A stretch of DNA of 48,951 nt from an uncultured Methanosarcinales archaeon (lineage in GTDB: Archaea > Nanobdellota > Nanobdellia > Woesearchaeales > GW2011-AR4), in the NCBI GenBank assembly GCA_964564925.1, contig CAZMBY010000004.1, positions 12,892 through 61,842 of the forward strand. Reading direction: 5' to 3'. Below are positions 35,464 through 44,568 of this stretch, piece by piece; within the stretch, counting starts at the first letter, position 1, and each line of letters opens with the position of its first letter. The notes beneath the pieces are model-generated. The model made no database searches. It worked only from the letters and a program-made list of their open reading frames with translations, and was not told the DNA's origin. Position numbers and translations under genes: made by a program.

Positions 35464-36738
35464 GTGGCGAACTTGGATTCTAAAATTGAAAAAATCAGAG
35501 CAAGAGAAGTTCTCGACTCAAGAGGTAACCCCACTGTTGAGGCCAGCTTGTTTGCAGGCAACGAATGTTTTTCAGCGATTGTGCCCAGCGGCGCTTCAAC
35601 AGGGGTGCATGAAGCGCTTGAATTGAGAGATAGCGGCAAAAGATACAACCGGAAAGGCGTTCTGAAAGCTGTCAACAATATCAATGCGATAATATCCAAA
35701 AAAATTATTGGTATGGGCTGCACAGGCCAAAGCAAGATAGATGAAGCAATGAAAAATCTTGATGGAACAGAGAACAAGACAAAGCTTGGCGCGAACTCAA
35801 TTCTTGCAGTCTCCATGGCAGCATGCATGGCAGGAGCACATTGCTCCCGCAAGAAATTGTATGAGCACATCCACTCATTGTCAACTTCACAAAAAATGAA
35901 TTTGCCGCAGCCTCAGATGAACCTGCTCAACAGCGGAAAGCATGTCGGCGTCGAAAATGACATACAGGAGCACATGATAATCCCTGCTGGCTTCAGGAAT
36001 TTTAGTGATGCCTTAAGGGCAGGCGTTGAAACTTACCATGCATTGAAAAATATTTTGAAGAAGAAGTATGGGGTGAAAGCGATATTGCTTGGCGACGAAG
36101 GCGGATTTTCTCCGCCTATAGAAAATGTGGAAGAAAGGCTTGAGCTGTTGATGCTTGCCATCAGGGAAAGCGGCTATGGAAATAAAATAAAACTGGCTAT
36201 TGACTGCGCCTCATCCGAATTTTACAGTCAGAAAAATCAAAAATATAAAATCCTAAATAAGGAGTTTGCTAAAGGAGAATTAGTTGATTTCTATAAAAAT
36301 CTAACAGCGAAATTTCCAATCATTTCAATTGAAGATGGATTTTCGCAAGACGATTTTGACGGATGGGTGATGCTGAATAAAGAGCTGGGAAATAAAATCC
36401 AGATTGTAGGCGATGACTTACTGGTCACAAATATCAAGAGGATTGATAGCGCCATCAAACAGAAAGCGTGTAACGCTTTGCTTCTAAAAATGAACCAGAT
36501 TGGGACAGTTTCAGAGTCAATAGAAGCTGCAGATTTGGCATCCAAAAACAGATGGAATGTCGTGGTAAGCCATAGAAGCGGCGAAACTGAGGACAGCTTT
36601 ATTGCTGACCTGGTTGTTGGAATTGGCGCAAAACAGAGCAAGTTTGGAGCCCCTGCAAGGAGTGAAAGGACTGCAAAATACAACAGGCTTTTGAGGATTG
36701 AGGAAGAGCTTGGAAGCAAGGCAAAGTTTGCAAGATAA
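35464..36738 (+). CDS. eno: Enolase
   Basis: REVLDSRGNPTVE, VPSGASTG, GDEGGF, VGDDL, LLKMNQIG, SHRSGETED and RSERTAKYNRLLRIEEEL. Confidence 0.96.
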   Translation: MANLDSKIEKIRAREVLDSRGNPTVEASLFAGNECFSAIVPSGASTGVHEALELRDSGKRYNRKGVLKAVNNINAIISKKIIGMGCTGQSKIDEAMKNLDGTENKTKLGANSILAVSMAACMAGAHCSRKKLYEHIHSLSTSQKMNLPQPQMNLLNSGKHVGVENDIQEHMIIPAGFRNFSDALRAGVETYHALKNILKKKYGVKAILLGDEGGFSPPIENVEERLELLMLAIRESGYGNKIKLAIDCASSEFYSQKNQKYKILNKEFAKGELVDFYKNLTAKFPIISIEDGFSQDDFDGWVMLNKELGNKIQIVGDDLLVTNIKRIDSAIKQKACNALLLKMNQIGTVSESIEAADLASKNRWNVVVSHRSGETEDSFIADLVVGIGAKQSKFGAPARSERTAKYNRLLRIEEELGSKAKFAR

Positions 36739-36801
36739 GGTCTTAATTTTGTTACTACTTTATAATAGAAATATTTAAAAATCAACTTCTATTATTCAAT
36801 C

Positions 36802-37824
36802 GTGTTTTTCATGGATGAGCTTCAATCAATGGTGGATGGTGAATTTCGAAGACTTGGCATCGCAAATGGTATTCTTCAAACAGAGCTCTTGCACAGGGTT
36901 TTTGAAGACTTATTTCAGCTTGACCTTAGCCCAATTCTAACGGAAAATTCCGGCAAATTGATTGCCTCAGTAAGAATTAATCCGGAACCAGGCATTGCTA
37001 ACTTTCAAGAGTTCGGCCCTTTTGCCGATCAATATCCCTCGTTGCTGGGAATTTCTGGCCGCTTAAAAGAGCAGATGCTGGAACATTGTGATTCATTTCA
37101 ATTTGAGGCTATTTATGCAGACCCAACCCCATCAACTCGAAAAAGAGTTTTTAAATATCATGAGCCGGAGGCTTTGACGCTGAACCTAAGAAAAACCAAA
37201 CTATTTCTTTCAAGCGGATTGGTTGCAGCCGTTGTTGGCAGCTCGATTCCTGCAGGCATATCAGCAGGACTCGGTAATTTGCCATCGATAGCTTCAAATG
37301 CTTATTATAATATTGGACAGAATGTTGTTGTTTGGGGGATTGGTGCTTTGGCAGCAACAGTTGCTTGGGTTGCTGTTCCATTATTAATCAGAGCTTTTAG
37401 AAGCCAAAGAAAAGAATTCATAAAATATAGGAAAGGCCTTGGCATAGAGTGGATAATTGAGGATGAAGTCAGGTTAGGAAGAGAATATGATAGGTTCAAG
37501 CCTAAGAAAGAAAATGAATCTGGTGATTACACTGGGCAATTTGACAGATATTCCCTAAAACCATTTTGGAAAAAAGGCATTGACCTAAAAACATATCTTG
37601 AAAAGAATCCGGATAGGCTTTTTTATGTTGAAATTGGAGATAATCAGCGCACATCAGTTATTTTGACAGCTGAATTTATAGTGGGCATGTATGGCAGAAA
37701 CTACAAAACTAGAATAGTACAAAGCTATCAAGCAACAGATCCCTTGACTGCTCCAAAAAGTTTCATAGACAGAAGACATTACAAACTAGGTTCTGACAGT
37801 AAGCAGACTTTGGTTAGCCCCTGA
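36802..37824 (+). CDS. Hypothetical membrane protein with two central TM helices
   Basis: 340-aa ORF with a central hydrophobic hairpin; no family recognised. Confidence 0.65.
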   Translation: MFFMDELQSMVDGEFRRLGIANGILQTELLHRVFEDLFQLDLSPILTENSGKLIASVRINPEPGIANFQEFGPFADQYPSLLGISGRLKEQMLEHCDSFQFEAIYADPTPSTRKRVFKYHEPEALTLNLRKTKLFLSSGLVAAVVGSSIPAGISAGLGNLPSIASNAYYNIGQNVVVWGIGALAATVAWVAVPLLIRAFRSQRKEFIKYRKGLGIEWIIEDEVRLGREYDRFKPKKENESGDYTGQFDRYSLKPFWKKGIDLKTYLEKNPDRLFYVEIGDNQRTSVILTAEFIVGMYGRNYKTRIVQSYQATDPLTAPKSFIDRRHYKLGSDSKQTLVSP

Positions 37825-37863
37825 CATAATTTTCAATAAATTTAAATAAAAAGATATTTCTGT

Positions 37864-38619
37864 TTGATTATGATAAAACTTGTGCTGTTGCGCCATGGAG
37901 AAAGCGTCTGGAACAAGGAAAACAGGTTTACAGGCTGGACTGATGTCCCCCTGACCAAAAAAGGGCAGGAAGAGGCAAAGGAAGCAGGAATTGTTCTCAA
38001 GAAAGAGGGTTACAAATTTGATACGGTGTTTACAAACGTTTTGCAGAGGGCAACAGAAACCACAATAATTGTCCTTAAAGGAATGGGTCTGGAAAACATT
38101 TCTGTAAATGAGTCATGGCGCCTTAACGAAAGGCATTATGGCGCGCTTCAGGGCCTGAACAAATCGGAGATGGCAGCAAAATACGGCGAAGGGCAAGTTC
38201 TCAAATGGAGAAGGAGCTATGACATAAGGCCGCCTGCGCTTGACAAAAAAGACAAAAGGTGGCCAGGCAACGATGAAAAGTACAAGGGCTTGGATGAAAA
38301 ATTTCTGCCGCTGACAGAATCGCTTAAGGACACAATCGCAAGAGTCATCCCTTACTGGAACGAGGTGATTATTCCGGAGCTGAAAAAGAGGAAAAAAGTG
38401 CTGATTTCAGCAAGCGGAAATTCCTTGAGGGCGCTTGTAAAAATACTTGAAAACATGCCTGAAGATGAAATAGTTTCCTTTAACATCCCAACAGGCGTTC
38501 CTCTTGTCTTCGAGCTTGATGATGAACTAAAGCCTCTAAAGCATTATTTCCTTGGCAATCCAAAGGAAATTGAAACAAAAATGCGGGCCGTTGCTGCACA
38601 GGGAAAAGCTAGTAGATAG
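37864..38619 (+). CDS. gpmA: 2,3-bisphosphoglycerate-dependent phosphoglycerate mutase
   Basis: [43 protein letters not shown] and SGNSLRAL...IPTGVP. Start is 37864 or 37870. Confidence 0.95.
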   Translation: MIMIKLVLLRHGESVWNKENRFTGWTDVPLTKKGQEEAKEAGIVLKKEGYKFDTVFTNVLQRATETTIIVLKGMGLENISVNESWRLNERHYGALQGLNKSEMAAKYGEGQVLKWRRSYDIRPPALDKKDKRWPGNDEKYKGLDEKFLPLTESLKDTIARVIPYWNEVIIPELKKRKKVLISASGNSLRALVKILENMPEDEIVSFNIPTGVPLVFELDDELKPLKHYFLGNPKEIETKMRAVAAQGKASR

Positions 38620-38657
38620 CTAATAAACTTCTCATGCACTTGCAGAAATTTCGGAAA

Positions 38658-39065
38658 TTAATCAATGCATAGAATGCCGTCTACTTTCCCTTGAGTCACT
38701 ATTGGAAAGCAGCCGAATACTGATTTAGAAGATGTGCATTTGCCTGTTGCAGACACAGCTTGGCCTCTTAAAACCTTGTCGTTGTCTTCCTTAGACAATT
38801 CAGCAACGCAAGAGCCTTCGCACTCGCTTGAGTCAGAGCACTCTTTTCCAGCATCAGAAGCAGGCAAGACACATTTTTCTATGGGCGATATGCCAAACGC
38901 AGCCCAAGTCCCCCCTGTTGCCTCGCAAGACGCTTTTGTATTAGGCACTGTTTCGGCATCAGGTGTGCCTTTGTCTACATTGTCTTGAACTTCCTGTTTT
39001 TCGCAACTAGCCACAAAAGCAAAAAGCACCAATAGGCTTAATGCGTAAAAAGCATGATTTTTCAT
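38658..39065 (-). CDS. Small Cys-rich lipoprotein
   Basis: MKNHAF...FVASC lipobox and eight further Cys residues (SCEATGGTW...CVLPASDAGKECSDSSECEGSC...GKCT...FGC...LCID). Confidence 0.75.
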   Translation of the reverse strand: MKNHAFYALSLLVLFAFVASCEKQEVQDNVDKGTPDAETVPNTKASCEATGGTWAAFGISPIEKCVLPASDAGKECSDSSECEGSCVAELSKEDNDKVLRGQAVSATGKCTSSKSVFGCFPIVTQGKVDGILCID

Positions 39066-39126
39066 ATTAATGATGATTGATGCAACATAAATATATAAAT
39101 ATTTGCAAAAATTGGCATGTTCTTGC

Positions 39127-40068
39127 TCACTTTTGCCTGTAGAACTTTGCTGCATCCTCTGGCATAACAGAATTTATAAGTGCATTAGTTGATAGCTCGA
39201 AGCCGCCCCATGTGGCCAGTCTTGGGGTAATTTCAATATGGAAATGCAGGTTTTCTTTCTCAGGTGAATAATGTATGAAAAAATTATAGGATGCATTTAT
39301 TGTCTTCAGCTTTGCAATAATCTTTTTCAGTGCAAGCGCCAAGCCCTGTAATTCCGGCCCTTCAAGCTCTTCCATTGAAGTCCTGTGGTTTTTGACAAAA
39401 ATCCAGGCTTCATAATTAAAGCGCGAGGCAAATGGCGCGAATGCTATTACGCTTTCATTTTCAAATATTTTTCTTTTTGATTTTGACTCGGCCTTTATGA
39501 TATCGCAAAACGGGCATTTCTTATGCTTTTTGACTGCATCAATCTCTTCCTTGACAAGGCTTGGGACTTGCGGCAATGCGATTACTTGCGTGTGGCTGTG
39601 CAATAAGGATGTCCCGGCTTCTTTGCCATGGTTCTTAAAAACATCAACATAGCGTATCCCTTTCAATTTGCTTAATTCCCTAATCCTGAATTTGCAGACT
39701 TCAAGCAATTCCCCCAAATGCTGGACTGGCAAATCAGCAAGCTGCGATTTGTGGTGCGGCGTTTCCACGATGACTTCATGCACTCCATATGAATAGCCTT
39801 GAGAAAAAAACTTCTTGGACCTCAAGCCTGCAGCTACCTTTTTATCCACAGCAGGGAATTTATTAAGGAACCACCTTATCTTCCAGCTGCCCTTGTATTC
39901 AACCCTGCCGATTTCCGGAGGCGTCAAGTGCTCGCTTGATGGGCAGAAAAAGCAGGTTTTTTTGCCGTCTTTAATCTCCATGCTTTTTATTTCGCGCGGC
40001 CTTTCTTTCCTTTCAGTGGCGTAATAAACCCACCTGTCAAGTATGTAGTCCTTCCTCAAGATTCCCAT
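39127..40068 (-). CDS. galT: Galactose-1-phosphate uridylyltransferase (GalT/HIT family)
   Basis: CFFCP, NKFPA, GVHEVIVETP, FKNHGKEAGTSLLHSHTQ (HxHxQ) and HFHIEITPR. ATG 40068 is preferred as start. Confidence 0.92.
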   Translation of the reverse strand: MGILRKDYILDRWVYYATERKERPREIKSMEIKDGKKTCFFCPSSEHLTPPEIGRVEYKGSWKIRWFLNKFPAVDKKVAAGLRSKKFFSQGYSYGVHEVIVETPHHKSQLADLPVQHLGELLEVCKFRIRELSKLKGIRYVDVFKNHGKEAGTSLLHSHTQVIALPQVPSLVKEEIDAVKKHKKCPFCDIIKAESKSKRKIFENESVIAFAPFASRFNYEAWIFVKNHRTSMEELEGPELQGLALALKKIIAKLKTINASYNFFIHYSPEKENLHFHIEITPRLATWGGFELSTNALINSVMPEDAAKFYRQK

Positions 40069-40189
40069 TTCAAGCAAACTCTGAATCCACTTATTTAAAC
40101 TTTTTGAATTTAAGCAAATGTTGCTGTAACATCCTCCTTGGTGCAGAGATTGCACTATTTTAAATAAATTTAAAAATATCAGGATAAAA

Positions 40190-40861
40190 ATGCAAAATAT
40201 GGATTTAAAGTCAATAAGAGAGAGAATACCCAAAGAGTTGTACGAAGTTCTTGAAAAAGAGATAAGAGTATTGCGCCCAGCTCAAGAAAAATCAATCAAG
40301 AAAGGGCTTTTGGAAGGGACGAACTTATTAGTGTGCACTCCCACCGCTTCAGGAAAAACATTGATAGCGGAGCTGGCATCCCTGAAATCAATATTAGATG
40401 GCAAAGGAAAAGCAGTTTATATTGTTCCATTAAAGGCATTAGCTTCTGAAAAGTACAGGGACTTCAAGCGGAGATATGACAAAATTGCCAAGATTGCCTT
40501 GTCTATAGGTGACATAGACTCTGCAGATCCTTATCTTGCGGACTATGACCTAGTATTTACAACATCTGAAAAGCTTGATTCATTGACAAGGCATAACGCG
40601 GCTTGGCTTTCAAGCATTGCAACAGTAGTTGTTGACGAGATACATCTGTTGAATGATTCTGAACGGGGGCCTACGCTCGAAATCCTGCTGACAATCCTAA
40701 AGCAGCTTTTGAAAAATGCGCAGTTTATAGGCTTAAGCGCAACAATCGGAAATGCCGAAGAGCTTGCAGAATGGCTCGATGCCGAGCTGGTTGTTGACGG
40801 CTGGCGTCCAGTGCAATTGCATAAAGGGGTTTATTTGGACGGCGAAATTGAGTTTTTTTGA
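40190..40861 (+). CDS. Ski2/Hel308-like DExH helicase, N-terminal RecA1 domain only
   Basis: LRPAQ, TPTASGKT, VPLKALASEK, TSEKLDS, VVVDEIH, GLSATIGN and WRPVQL. The ORF ends after 223 aa with no motif IV-VI. Confidence 0.85.
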   Translation: MQNMDLKSIRERIPKELYEVLEKEIRVLRPAQEKSIKKGLLEGTNLLVCTPTASGKTLIAELASLKSILDGKGKAVYIVPLKALASEKYRDFKRRYDKIAKIALSIGDIDSADPYLADYDLVFTTSEKLDSLTRHNAAWLSSIATVVVDEIHLLNDSERGPTLEILLTILKQLLKNAQFIGLSATIGNAEELAEWLDAELVVDGWRPVQLHKGVYLDGEIEFF

Positions 40862-40866
40862 AATTA

Positions 40867-41172
40867 TCAAAGCTTTAATCTTTTGATCAATTCATTGACT
40901 AAACTTTTCTTTTTATCAGCCGACAATGAGAATAGGTACTTCTTGACCATTCTTTCTGAAATCGTGAATATATAATTGATTTTAATGATGCTGTCTTTAA
41001 ATGCTCCCTCTTTCTTGGTTAAAGGGATACCCTCCATCCTCAAATTGCTTGTAATGCCTGCAACTACAATGTTGCCATACTCTTCAAATAGGACAACTGC
41101 AGGCCTGACTTTAACCTCAAAAGTATCCGTAAATTGGATGTGTGCAAGGATTACATCTCCTGTTTTATGCAC
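40867..41172 (-). CDS. PemK/MazF-family toxin
   Basis: GDVILAHIQFTD..EVKVRPAVVL...IVVAGITS...DSIIK. GTG 41172 overlaps the antitoxin stop. Confidence 0.82.
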   Translation of the reverse strand: MHKTGDVILAHIQFTDTFEVKVRPAVVLFEEYGNIVVAGITSNLRMEGIPLTKKEGAFKDSIIKINYIFTISERMVKKYLFSLSADKKKSLVNELIKRLKL

Positions 41173-41392
41173 TTTCCCAAGCCTCATCCTCTTTGTTGTT
41201 CCATAACTCTTTCATCTTGGCTTGTTGGATTTTGTGCAAGAACTCGTCATAAGTGTTATTTTTCTTAACTTCCAAAAACAAGGATACTGCTTTGTCCAAA
41301 AGCTCGTTATATGTCTGCCGCGGGTACTCCTTCGCTTTTTTCAATTTGTCTATTACTTTTTTATCAAGCTGTATTGTAGTTACTTCCGACAT
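41165..41392 (-). CDS. Putative antitoxin (RHH-like N-terminus, acidic/Trp C-terminus)
   Basis: TTIQLDKKVIDKLKKAKEYPRQTYNELL and ELWNNKEDEAWE; directly upstream of the PemK-like gene. Confidence 0.75.
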   Translation of the reverse strand: MSEVTTIQLDKKVIDKLKKAKEYPRQTYNELLDKAVSLFLEVKKNNTYDEFLHKIQQAKMKELWNNKEDEAWESA

Positions 41393-41536
41393 ATATAATC
41401 ACCTATACATTGCTTATACACTAGTTATATATAAATGTTTCTGCTCCTGTGAAGAATGATTTAGCTTGATGGATTGAGTTTTATCAGAATTGAAATCTTT
41501 GATAGCCTTAAATATTAGACAATTAAATGATGATTT

Positions 41537-41881
41537 ATGACAGTTTATGTTCCACCTATGCGGTTTTATTTGGGCTGTTTGCAGTTGCCTGTAATTTTTA
41601 GTCTAATAGGGATTTTCTTAATTTTTGTAAAAACCACAGAGCGAAAATTAAATTCTTTCATTCAAATTGCTCTCATCTTATCATCAATATTTTTTATCTT
41701 TTTTTCTAAGGCTCTAATACTTGCAGGATGGGGATTTGTGTTCTATACCCCATTAATTGGGATATTATCAGCAATATTTCTGAATAATAATCACCTAATT
41801 AAATATGTAAAATTTTATGGTGGTACACTGATTATTGCTGGAATTTCAGTGGTTTTGCAAAATTCTAGAATCTTTTTTTAA
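41537..41881 (+). CDS. Hypothetical small membrane protein (low GC)
   Basis: 114 aa, almost entirely hydrophobic. Confidence 0.5.
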   Translation: MTVYVPPMRFYLGCLQLPVIFSLIGIFLIFVKTTERKLNSFIQIALILSSIFFIFFSKALILAGWGFVFYTPLIGILSAIFLNNNHLIKYVKFYGGTLIIAGISVVLQNSRIFF

Positions 41882-43272
41882 CCCAGCCCCAAATTCTTGA
41901 CTATAATCTCTGAATCAAAACGCTTCAAATCTGAATAATTCTGCCCAGTTCCCAAGTATATAATCGGTTTTTTTGTAACATAAGAAACTGATATTGCCGC
42001 TCCACCCTTTTCATCAACATCAGCTTTAGCTAGTATTATTGCATCTATACCTACTGCTTCATTAAATTCGGTTGCTTGATTTACACAATCATTTCCTGCA
42101 ATTGATTCACCCACAAAGATTTTAAGGTCTGGTTTAGTTACTCTAGTGATTTTTTTAAGCTCGTCAATTAAATTTTGATTTGAGTGCATCCTTCCTGCGG
42201 TGTCGATAAGCACAACATCTATGTTCTTTGCCCTTGCATGCTTTATCGCATCAAATGCGACAGCAGCCGGGTCAGAGCCGTAATCGTGCTTTATCAGCTT
42301 GATTCCAATTTTGTCTGCATGAAGCTGCAGCTGCTCTATTGACGCCGCCCTAAAAGTGTCAGAAGCTGCCAGGACGGAAGACATATTCATCTCCTTCAGC
42401 ATGTAGGCAATCTTTGCAATGCTTGTTGTTTTTCCGCTTCCATTGATGCCGAAGAAGGCGATTACATATGGCTTTTCCTTTTTTCCCTTGATTTCCTCGA
42501 TCAAATCTAAGCCGCTTGTTTGAAACAGGCTTTCAATCGAGCCTTTCAAAGTCTCCTCTACAGTCTCCTCAACCTTGGTCCTTCTGATGGGCTTTTCCAC
42601 AAGCTCTTCCTTCAGGTCATCCTTTATTTTTTCAATCACTTCAACAGCGACGTTGTTTTCCATAAGGGCCAATTCCAGCTCCCAGAACAATTTTTCAAAT
42701 TGCCCTTCGTCTATCTTCGTTGTTATTATCCTTTCTTTGATTGACGCAAAAAACCCCTTTTTTTCAGGCTCTTCCTTTTTAGTAATAATCGGCTTTTCCT
42801 GAGGTCTTGGCTTGATGTCTTCTTTCTTTATTTCAACACGATGCTTCCTTTCCTCAAGCTTTTCCTCAATTTCAACCTTTTCTTCCTTTTTTTCAGGCAA
42901 CTTTGCTTTGGCTTCAGATTTTTTATATTCTGGTTTTTCTTTTTTGATTTCTACAGGCTGTTGTATTTCCTTTGGCTTTTTTTGCTCTTTATGCTCAATT
43001 ATTTTTGCATGCTCTTTAACTCCTGCTTCTGATTTTCTCTGAGGCTTTTTTTCAATTTCAGGTTTTCCTTCCGGCTCCTTCCTTTCTTCTTCAATAACTT
43101 CTTCCTTTCCGACAATTCTCTCCTTCAGCTTGGCAAAAAACCCTTTTTCTTGTTTTTTTTCCTCTTCAGCAGGCTTCTCGATTATTTTTTCCTCTACCTT
43201 GCCTTCTTTCTCAACGCCCTCAGAAATCTTCGATATTGCGCTTTTCAGCTTTTCCTTTAAAAATTTAAACAT
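41878..43272 (-). CDS. ftsY: Signal recognition particle receptor FtsY
   Basis: GINGSGKTTSIAK, DTFRAASIEQL, DTAGR, KADVDEKGG and GTGQNYSDL; long K/E/P-rich N-terminal region. Confidence 0.96.
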   Translation of the reverse strand: MFKFLKEKLKSAISKISEGVEKEGKVEEKIIEKPAEEEKKQEKGFFAKLKERIVGKEEVIEEERKEPEGKPEIEKKPQRKSEAGVKEHAKIIEHKEQKKPKEIQQPVEIKKEKPEYKKSEAKAKLPEKKEEKVEIEEKLEERKHRVEIKKEDIKPRPQEKPIITKKEEPEKKGFFASIKERIITTKIDEGQFEKLFWELELALMENNVAVEVIEKIKDDLKEELVEKPIRRTKVEETVEETLKGSIESLFQTSGLDLIEEIKGKKEKPYVIAFFGINGSGKTTSIAKIAYMLKEMNMSSVLAASDTFRAASIEQLQLHADKIGIKLIKHDYGSDPAAVAFDAIKHARAKNIDVVLIDTAGRMHSNQNLIDELKKITRVTKPDLKIFVGESIAGNDCVNQATEFNEAVGIDAIILAKADVDEKGGAAISVSYVTKKPIIYLGTGQNYSDLKRFDSEIIVKNLGLG

Positions 43273-43310
43273 TTTAGTGAATCGTGACTATTTATCTTTC
43301 CCACATCGGC

Positions 43311-44114
43311 TTATTTTTTTATTATGCAGCTATCACCGATTTTTACCATGTGCTGCTTAGAAAAATTTCCCATGTTATTGGCAAGTTCCATTCTGCCATA
43401 ATCATCTTTGATTATTAAAGGTTTTTCTTTTCCTGCATCGCCAAAAGTTGTCAAAAAAGGCACCTTCAATGTTTTCCTGGCAAAATTTACAGCAACAATG
43501 TCGCCTTTTTTCACATTAAACTTGTCCCAAATGTCATGCATGATATTCAGATGCAGAGATCCAAACTTGTTAATAGATATGACTTTTGCATGAATTTCAT
43601 TTTTTACCGCCTTTGCCTCTTCATATGGCGCTTTCACCAAGTCATTTGAATTTAACTTTTTTCCGAACTTTTCAATTTTGACCCCTTTCGATAAATATGC
43701 GGCTGCCGGCACAAATATATCTCTTCCGTGAAATACAGGCGAGACCGGCTTTTTCATGTATTTTTCATTTGTTATCTCAACAATTTTTTTTATGCCGCCC
43801 AAAACTGCAGTTGCAGGCAATAGGACTCCATTGTCCGGACCTATCAAAAAATCGCCTCTTCCTGCCTCTATAATGATGGGTTTTCTTCTTGTTCCCACAC
43901 CAGGATCCACAACACAAACATGAAATCCGACAGGCATGCAGCTTACTGTCTCCATTGTTCTTGCCGCATAAAACAGGTCAAAGTCAGGCAGGCCATGCAT
44001 CAAATGGATCACATGGGCATCCGGATTAATCTCTAAAGCAACTGATTCCATAATTCCAGTGCCCTGGCTTTGGACTCCGAAATCGCTTGTTAAAGTAATA
44101 AATGGCCTCTTCAT
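43311..44114 (-). CDS. SAM hydroxide adenosyltransferase (DUF62/SalL-FlA superfamily)
   Basis: TLTSDFG, VVDPGVGTRR, GPDNGVL and FHGRDIF; the Asp/Arg/His pattern of the hydrolase branch is present. Confidence 0.9.
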   Translation of the reverse strand: MKRPFITLTSDFGVQSQGTGIMESVALEINPDAHVIHLMHGLPDFDLFYAARTMETVSCMPVGFHVCVVDPGVGTRRKPIIIEAGRGDFLIGPDNGVLLPATAVLGGIKKIVEITNEKYMKKPVSPVFHGRDIFVPAAAYLSKGVKIEKFGKKLNSNDLVKAPYEEAKAVKNEIHAKVISINKFGSLHLNIMHDIWDKFNVKKGDIVAVNFARKTLKVPFLTTFGDAGKEKPLIIKDDYGRMELANNMGNFSKQHMVKIGDSCIIKK

Positions 44115-44155
44115 TTGAAATTGACAATCAAGATTATCTTAACTAAGAAGTTATC

Positions 44156-44566
44156 CTATGAAACCAAGCTCTGCAACTGCATTTCAAGCTGTGCAGCGCG
44201 GCTTGTCATATTTTCCAATTCGCCTATCATCTGCTTTTGTACCTTCTTCAGCTCCTCAATCTGGTTTTGGATAAGCCTTTTTGCTGAGGCTGTGTTTTTT
44301 GTGACAGCGACATTTGCTCCGACATTAATGAGAAATTCTGAATTGTCCTTGATGTTTGCCTTGACAAATATGCCAGAGCTTAATGGAACCAGGATATCTG
44401 TGCCAACCTTAATCTTGTTAAACTCATCCAGGCTGTTGCCTGTCGCGTGCAGCTCCATGAGCTGGCTTGTCAATGCCTCCAGCTGCCTTTGCATTTGCTT
44501 TATGTGCTTCTCAATCACCTGGAACTCCATATACAATTCCTGTGCCTTCTTCTCGTTTTCTTCCAT
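44156..44566 (-). CDS. pfdA: Prefoldin subunit alpha
   Basis: Coiled coils flanking ILVPLSSGIFVKANI...FLINVGANVAV. Confidence 0.93.
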   Translation of the reverse strand: MEENEKKAQELYMEFQVIEKHIKQMQRQLEALTSQLMELHATGNSLDEFNKIKVGTDILVPLSSGIFVKANIKDNSEFLINVGANVAVTKNTASAKRLIQNQIEELKKVQKQMIGELENMTSRAAQLEMQLQSLVS

Positions 44567-44568
44567 GG

